In this document: positions 58,775 to 64,000 of the stretch, one piece after another
How positions within the stretch are numbered: position 1 is the stretch's first letter
How the letters are laid out: the number at the start of each line of letters is the position of its first letter
NCBI GenBank assembly: GCA_038999725.1
Contig: JAWBWS010000001.1
Coordinates: forward strand, 129,711 to 193,710
DNA length: 64,000 bases
From: Candidatus Aenigmatarchaeota archaeon
GTDB taxonomy: Archaea > Aenigmatarchaeota > Aenigmatarchaeia > CG10238-14 > SCSR01
Direction: 5' to 3'
Program-made: the position numbers and the translations under genes
The notes under the pieces: generated by a model
What the model was told of the DNA's origin: nothing
The model's input: only the letters and a program-made list of their open reading frames with translations
The model's database searches: none

Positions 58775-59848
58775 ATGCGTGCTTACCTGGTTACAACCTT
58801 CATAGGAGTTTTTGGTATCAGCGAAGATGGAAAAATAATTCATTTTGAACCTTTTCCTAAAGATTCAGAAAAAATAGCAGAGAAGCTTATGGCCTCAGAG
58901 AAAGAAATTATAGAGGAAGAAGAAAAAGTACAGGATTTGTTAAAGAGGAAAGGATTTGAGGAAATTATCTTTTCGATTGAGAAGCCAGGTGTTACATATC
59001 AAAAAGAAAATGAAGCGGAAATGTTCATCAGAGAAAACCTGCGAAATTTAGCTTTGAAATACAAGTTTGTTAAAGATCAAGTGGAATTTAACCAACTTCT
59101 GAGTAAAGTTGGCATAGAAATTACAAAATCCAAGATTAAGAAAGCAATAGAAAAGGATAGTTTTGTCATCCAAATTGCAAGGGTGATAGAGGATATAGAT
59201 AAAACGACAAACACACTAATCGAAAGGTTAAGAGAGCTTTATAGTTTACATTTTCCAGAAATGGGTAAAATGGTGCAAGATCATAAGAAATACGCTAATA
59301 TAATTGAAAAATATGGGTCAAAAGAAAGAATAGAAGATCCAGAGCTAAAAGAAATTGCCAAGAGAAGCATGGGAGTCGAGTTTAGAGAGGATGAAATAAA
59401 AGCCGCTCAATTGCTTGCAACTGAGGTTTTAAATCTTTATAAGTTAAAGGATGCTCTATCAAAACAATTGGAAAAAATTTTGAAAGAAATTGCACCGAAT
59501 TTTACAGAACTAGCAGGTCCCATGCTTTCTGCCAAGCTTATTGCTAAAGCTGGTGGTCTTGAGAAGTTGGCTAAAATGCCGTCAAGTGCCATTCAACTTA
59601 TGGGTGCGGAAAAAAGTCTTTTCAGATTTTTACATGGTAAAGGTAAATCACCGAGGTTTGGAATTATTTTTAATCACCCCTTGGTTTTAAGTGCACCAGA
59701 GAAACTCAAAGGCAAAGTGGCAAGAATAGTTGCCTCAAAACTCTCTATTGCAGCGAAGCTTGATTTTTATTCAAAAGAATACAGAGGAGATAAGATGAAG
59801 AGGGAAATGGAAGATAAGGTTAAAAAAGCCTTATCTTCTAAATCTTAA
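58775..59848 (+). CDS. nop5: Box C/D sRNP protein Nop5 (Nop56/58)
   Basis: LRELYSLHFPE, APN, PSSAIQLMGAEKSLF, SPRFGIIF, GKVAR. Confidence 0.94.
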   Translation: MRAYLVTTFIGVFGISEDGKIIHFEPFPKDSEKIAEKLMASEKEIIEEEEKVQDLLKRKGFEEIIFSIEKPGVTYQKENEAEMFIRENLRNLALKYKFVKDQVEFNQLLSKVGIEITKSKIKKAIEKDSFVIQIARVIEDIDKTTNTLIERLRELYSLHFPEMGKMVQDHKKYANIIEKYGSKERIEDPELKEIAKRSMGVEFREDEIKAAQLLATEVLNLYKLKDALSKQLEKILKEIAPNFTELAGPMLSAKLIAKAGGLEKLAKMPSSAIQLMGAEKSLFRFLHGKGKSPRFGIIFNHPLVLSAPEKLKGKVARIVASKLSIAAKLDFYSKEYRGDKMKREMEDKVKKALSSKS

Positions 59849-60049
59849 TCTTTTTTCAATCAAAAAATAAACAAAAACTCCAAAAACTCCAAGAATTAAA
59901 CAAATTGCTAACCAAACTAACTTGTATTTTGTATTTTTTTTGGATTTAAAAATGTCTATCATAGCTGGTAAAAAGGCCACTACGCTTACAATTCCATAAA
60001 TTTGCAACAGTACAAACAACAAATTTATCAGATATTCAAATTCAACCAT
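59831..60049 (-). CDS. Small membrane protein (PLDc_N-like)
   Basis: IDIFKS...KLVWLAICLILGVFGVFVYFLI. Confidence 0.65.
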   Translation of the reverse strand: MVEFEYLINLLFVLLQIYGIVSVVAFLPAMIDIFKSKKNTKYKLVWLAICLILGVFGVFVYFLIEKRLRFRR

Positions 60050-60205
60050 ATAAATATATTCTTCTTCCAAAAACTTTAAAATAAGTAGGTATAAAAGTTA
60101 AAGAGTTGTTTTAAGTCTTAGATAAATATAATCATACATGTGTGAGATTGATTGTATGGAAGAAAAATCCGAAATTGATTTGATGAAGCATTAAAGTGAT
60201 AAATA

Positions 60206-60877
60206 ATGCAAGTTAAACCACATAAGTTTGATGGCATTTATAGAATTAATAACAAAATAGCTACAATAAACCTCACGCCTGGTAGAAGTGTTTATGGTGA
60301 GAGGTTAATTAAGATTAATAATGTAGAATATAGAGAATGGGTCCCATTCCGTTCAAAACTTTGTGCAGCTGTAATGAAAAAAATCAAGTTTTTTCCATTT
60401 AAAAAGGGTTCAAAAGTTCTTTATTTGGGAGCTGGCTCAGGAACCACAATTAGCCACATAAGCGATATTATTGGGAGAGATGGCATCATTTATGCTGTTG
60501 AGATCTCAGAGCATCCATTACGTGATTTAGTTGGTTTGGCAGAGCTTAGACAAAATATAGTTCCAATACTTGCGGATGCAAGATTGGTAGAAACATATGA
60601 AAACATGATAATGGAAAAAGTTGACGTAATTTATGAAGATGTTGCTGATCCTGACCAAATAAAAATTCTAATAAGAAATGCTGAGAAGTTCTTAAAAACA
60701 GATGGATTTTTAGAAATAGCCATCAAATCTCAAAGCATCAGTTCAACAAAACCTCCAAAAGAAGTTTATGAGGAATGTTTGAAAGAGTTGGGGGAACACT
60801 TTGAAATTTTGGATAAAGTAGAGTTGGAGCCTTATGAAAAGTTCCATTTGTTCGTTGTATTGAAATCCAAGAAATAA
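60206..60877 (+). CDS. flpA: Fibrillarin rRNA/tRNA 2'-O-methyltransferase
   Basis: VYGE, YREWVPFRSKL, VLYLGAGSGTTISH, NIVPILADAR. Confidence 0.95.
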   Translation: MQVKPHKFDGIYRINNKIATINLTPGRSVYGERLIKINNVEYREWVPFRSKLCAAVMKKIKFFPFKKGSKVLYLGAGSGTTISHISDIIGRDGIIYAVEISEHPLRDLVGLAELRQNIVPILADARLVETYENMIMEKVDVIYEDVADPDQIKILIRNAEKFLKTDGFLEIAIKSQSISSTKPPKEVYEECLKELGEHFEILDKVELEPYEKFHLFVVLKSKK

Positions 60878-60905
60878 ATTCTTGAACTTAAAATTTTGTT
60901 AAAAA

Positions 60906-61448
60906 CTATTTATGAGAAAATTCTTGGGTTTTCCCCGGCAGTCTTAAATAATGTTTCAGTTTCTTGAAAATCTTCTCCAAAGCTTCAAGATCATCTAAAC
61001 AATGATTGATTATTTCTTTTTTTGCTTTCTCATCACCACGAATTGCTTTTAAATAAAGTTTAAGCATATCCTTTCCACAAACTTCTTCATCTTTTGAAAT
61101 TCCGAGATATTTTGATATTTCTTGCAAACTGTTCTTGCTAAACAATAGCTTATTCTTACAAAATTCCCAAAGATCTAGAGACGGTATTCCCACTATCTTA
61201 CTCAAGTCTTGCCCATTGATTATGGCTCTTGTGATTATAAAAGGTATGTCAAACTTGGAGCCATACCACGTTATTATCAAATTACAATCTTCAAGCTCTT
61301 TTGCAAGCCAGTTTAAAACTCTTCTCTCATCTTCTAAATTTTCAATAAACTTAACTTCTTTCTTCCCTTCTTTTATCATACCTATGGCAATAATCTGTCC
61401 CATATCAGCTTTGGTGCTCGTGGTTTCTATATCTAAAAACACTTCCAC
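60906..61448 (-). CDS. RNase H-like (YprB/DnaQ-type) exonuclease domain protein
   Basis: LDIETT, TWYGSKFDIPF, HCLDDL. Confidence 0.85.
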   Translation of the reverse strand: MEVFLDIETTSTKADMGQIIAIGMIKEGKKEVKFIENLEDERRVLNWLAKELEDCNLIITWYGSKFDIPFIITRAIINGQDLSKIVGIPSLDLWEFCKNKLLFSKNSLQEISKYLGISKDEEVCGKDMLKLYLKAIRGDEKAKKEIINHCLDDLEALEKIFKKLKHYLRLPGKTQEFSHK

Positions 61449-61475
61449 TCAATCACCAAACTAAAATTGTTATTA

Positions 61476-61523
61476 AAAAATAAAAAAAAGAGGGGGAGCT
61501 TCAAATAGTCTTCAAGAACCCCC
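61476..61523 (-). terminator. GC-clamped hairpin followed by oligo-T tract
   Basis: Minus strand GGGGG...CCCCC then TCTTTTTTTT. Confidence 0.45.
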
Positions 61524-61614
61524 AAACCCTACCACCAGAAATAACATTTGTCCTAACTTTTTTTATTCCCCTGTCCATTAAAAATGAAATTTGGATTCTT
61601 GCTACTTCTTCCAT
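61501..61614 (-). CDS. 37-aa peptide; not in ORF track
   Basis: MEEVARIQISFLMDRGIKKVRTNVISGGRVWGFLKTI*; SD-like GGTGAGGGG just after upstream stop. Confidence 0.5.
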   Translation of the reverse strand: MEEVARIQISFLMDRGIKKVRTNVISGGRVWGFLKTI

Positions 61615-61622
61615 CCCCTCAC

Positions 61623-61856
61623 CTAATGATGAAAACCAAGTTTGTGATAGAGCTCCAAATCAAACTCATGTAGGTTTTTTTGCATTTCAATTTTTTTCAC
61701 AGCTTTTTCGAGAAAGCTTCCAAAACAATCCTTGCAAAATATTCTCCTCTCACCAAAACCATCAATAAACTTAAATATTCTCCCCGAATTACACCTTAGA
61801 CATCTCATTCTCTCTTTTGATATTTTTGAAAAGAATGGTATAGGTATCTTTCCCAA
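61623..61856 (-). CDS. Small Zn-ribbon protein
   Basis: CLRC-x17-CKDC. Confidence 0.65.
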   Translation of the reverse strand: MGKIPIPFFSKISKERMRCLRCNSGRIFKFIDGFGERRIFCKDCFGSFLEKAVKKIEMQKNLHEFDLELYHKLGFHH

Positions 61857-61940
61857 CCAAACTTCCGAAATTTCCGATGGAAGATATGGATAATAAAAAT
61901 CAATCCTTATCCACAGAAAATAAGACTTAATTTACCTTTT

Positions 61941-62963
61941 TTAGCTATAAATGGTTTTTAATTTTTCCAGAATCATTATTTTAATTTCTTCTTTACTTCC
62001 TACCTTTATTTTTCCGGCTCCAGCAGCTTCGTGCCCCCCACCAATTCCCAACTTCTTGAACAACTCACCCACATTAATTTTTTTGTTTCCACTTCTTCCA
62101 TGAATTTTAATATTTTTTCCAATTCTCTCAAAAATGAAGATCACATTTTCTGGATTTTCCATTGCCAATTTTGTGGCAAGTGTAGAACATATTCCCCTGT
62201 ACTTAGAATCAATTTCAGAGATGAGAATTTTATCATGAACCTCAAGATTTCTTTTAAACTCTCTTTCACACTTCTTAACTTCTATCTCGAATTTTTTTGA
62301 AGCAGAGACAATTTTCTCATTTTTCCTAAACTCTTCTAAATTTTTTGATTTCATGAGAATTTTCAAAGTCTTTTCTGGACCTAAAATAGAGATAGAGCTA
62401 TTTAAAAAAACAGCAGCATTACCAAACTTGTTTTTCCAGATATTTTTTTTGTCTTCAATTTTCACCAAATCTTTACAATCATCAATTCCTAAATCTCCAA
62501 TCGTCCCAACAATGGCAACCCATTTTTTTTCTTCAATCAACCCCGAAAACATTTTATAAACAACATAACTTGTTGGCTGATAAATCTTCGGTTTTTCCAA
62601 TCTTGGGTTTATCAAGATAACTTTTTCAGAGTTTAAATCTTTCCCCGGATGATGATCAATTATCAACATATCTTTTCCCATGCTTACCAAATGTTTTTCT
62701 ATTAAATCTATCGGCACATCAACGGTGATTATTTTTTCAAATTTTTCAAGTTTGGTTTTCAACTTTTCTATGTGAGCAAAGCCTGTTGGTGTGTTATCAA
62801 CTTTCTTCTCCAGTTTTTCAAGGACAGAGAGAAGAAGTGCTGCCGAACATAAACCATCGACATCGGCATCATAAATCAAAATAACCTTTTCCCCTTCCTG
62901 AATATTTTTGATGAAGTTCATACCTCTTTTAAAAAGTTCCTCAAGCTTTTTCAGTATCTTCAC
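61941..62963 (-). CDS. DHH/DHHA1 phosphoesterase
   Basis: DADVDG, TVD, IDHH, GTIGD, GGGHEAAGAG. Confidence 0.9.
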   Translation of the reverse strand: MKILKKLEELFKRGMNFIKNIQEGEKVILIYDADVDGLCSAALLLSVLEKLEKKVDNTPTGFAHIEKLKTKLEKFEKIITVDVPIDLIEKHLVSMGKDMLIIDHHPGKDLNSEKVILINPRLEKPKIYQPTSYVVYKMFSGLIEEKKWVAIVGTIGDLGIDDCKDLVKIEDKKNIWKNKFGNAAVFLNSSISILGPEKTLKILMKSKNLEEFRKNEKIVSASKKFEIEVKKCEREFKRNLEVHDKILISEIDSKYRGICSTLATKLAMENPENVIFIFERIGKNIKIHGRSGNKKINVGELFKKLGIGGGHEAAGAGKIKVGSKEEIKIMILEKLKTIYS

Positions 62964-63567
62964 CTCTGAGTTTTTTTATGGTTTCTTCATCAAGAAGAAG
63001 CAATTGAATAGGCTGTTCTTTTGGAGTAGAAAGATGAAATTCCACCATTGAAATAAGGGTATCAACATGATGTAAAATTAAAGCTTCAAAATTTCTTGGA
63101 GGCGTTGGTCCAGCTTCACCAAAATGTGAGGCTACTATATGTATAACACCCTCTGGGAAGCCTCTATGGTAAAGCTCTGCCACAGCAAGTGTAGAGTGGT
63201 CAAGCAAAATTCCCGTATGCTTTATTTCTCCATTTTCAAGCTTCCACTCAAAAACTTTCATTATATCATGCAATAAAGCCCCAGCTATTAGGTAATCGAT
63301 ATTTATAGGTATACCATAATTTTTTTCCAAATCTTCTGCAATTTTGATACAAAGTTCGGTTACAGAAGCAATGTGCCTCAACAAATCTGCTCTTTCTACA
63401 GTTCCTTGGCCTGGAACTGTAAAAGGAGTTCTTACATTTTCAATTTTTTCTTTCGGGTATTTTTTAAATTCCTTGTGGGAGAGTGTTAGATCTTTCAAAA
63501 ATTCTATTACCTTTTTTTTCAATTCTTCATCCTTTATTTTTTCTGCAAGTTCAATTAAACTTCTCAT
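62941..63567 (-). CDS. HD-domain phosphohydrolase
   Basis: LLRH, GALLHDIMK, DH, HIVASHFG, EALILHHVD. Confidence 0.88.
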   Translation of the reverse strand: MRSLIELAEKIKDEELKKKVIEFLKDLTLSHKEFKKYPKEKIENVRTPFTVPGQGTVERADLLRHIASVTELCIKIAEDLEKNYGIPINIDYLIAGALLHDIMKVFEWKLENGEIKHTGILLDHSTLAVAELYHRGFPEGVIHIVASHFGEAGPTPPRNFEALILHHVDTLISMVEFHLSTPKEQPIQLLLLDEETIKKLRGEDTEKA

Positions 63568-63583
63568 TTGACTCCTTCTTCAT

Positions 63584-63865
63584 TTATCCAAACAGTGCAC
63601 TTAAGCCAGCTGCTGCTTCTTCCTCTTTCCTTTCCTTTTCTTCTTCCTCTTTCCTTTCCTTTTCTATGATGGTGGGAGTAGCTACAGGCATCGCAGCTTG
63701 TTGGATTGCTTCATCTATATTCACTCCTTCCAAACTAGCAATCAAAGCTTTAACTTTTGCTTCATCTACACTTACACCAGCAGCTTCCAACACCTTCTTT
63801 ACATTTTCTTCTGTTATTGGTTGCTTTGCTTTGTGAAGCAGCAAGACCGAATACACATATTCCAT
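63584..63865 (-). CDS. rpl12: 50S stalk protein L12/P1
   Basis: [50 protein letters not shown] upstream. Confidence 0.95.
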   Translation of the reverse strand: MEYVYSVLLLHKAKQPITEENVKKVLEAAGVSVDEAKVKALIASLEGVNIDEAIQQAAMPVATPTIIEKERKEEEEKERKEEEAAAGLSALFG

Positions 63866-64000
63866 CAATTCACACCTCCCCATTCTTTCTATGGCCTTTG
63901 CAGTATAAAAGGCTTTGGCCAACAGAATTTTAATTATCTCTTTGGTTGGATAGGAAATGTTGAGAGAGAGATTTATGGCACATTGATGTGCAGTAATGAG
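63866..64000 (-). CDS. rpl10: C-terminal part of stalk protein L10/P0 (partial; reads in frame into rpl12)
   Basis: [37 protein letters not shown] resembles P0 spine helices; canonical position upstream of rpl12. Confidence 0.8.

Noticed and set aside
61907..61915. Perfect bacterial DnaA box TTATCCACA
   Set aside because: Single copy in an archaeal genome with no dnaA context; better explained as one arm of a local inverted repeat or chance
734..63836. Numerous short antisense ORFs in the six-frame track
   Set aside because: Shadow ORFs opposite well-supported genes, without motifs

Overview
Compact, AT-rich archaeal chromosome segment. Archaeal markers include a histone, RadA, AglB, Nop5/fibrillarin, Kae1/Bud32, eS1/uS15 and BHB-intron tRNAs. 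Gene content suggests a DPANN lineage, possibly Aenigmarchaeota (inference, not a database result). In order: a type IV pilus-like locus (ATPase, TadC-like protein, three small pilin/membrane ORFs) with a divergent 4-gene accessory cluster; dph5, PP2C and Trm5-like genes; tRNA-Leu; a divergent TFE-like gene; a two-intron tRNA-Cys abutting cysS; cobO-nrdJ; the rps15-recJ-rps3ae/bud32/radA/RPA/histone block; and an ~18 kb N-glycosylation island with a diacetamido-uronic acid pathway. The most striking locus (40.3-46.0 kb) is a proofreading family-B polymerase with a PolD-DP2-type C-terminal zinc finger, encoded behind a catalytically dead DP1 homolog (a eukaryote-like catalytic + B-subunit pair). 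It is preceded by two paralogous small winged-helix genes and a PD-(D/E)xK nuclease-wHTH gene, under a promoter flanked by a helically phased TGCGAA array. The remainder is mostly housekeeping (hjc, dnaG, kae1, hel308, ABC exporter, SPASM remnant at tRNA-Pro, trmI, htpX, nop5, fibrillarin). The window ends in an apparent in-frame rpl10-rpl12 read-through. Two genes appear to start at ATA. No CRISPR array, rRNA or transposase was seen. All calls come from motif recognition by eye; no searches were run.
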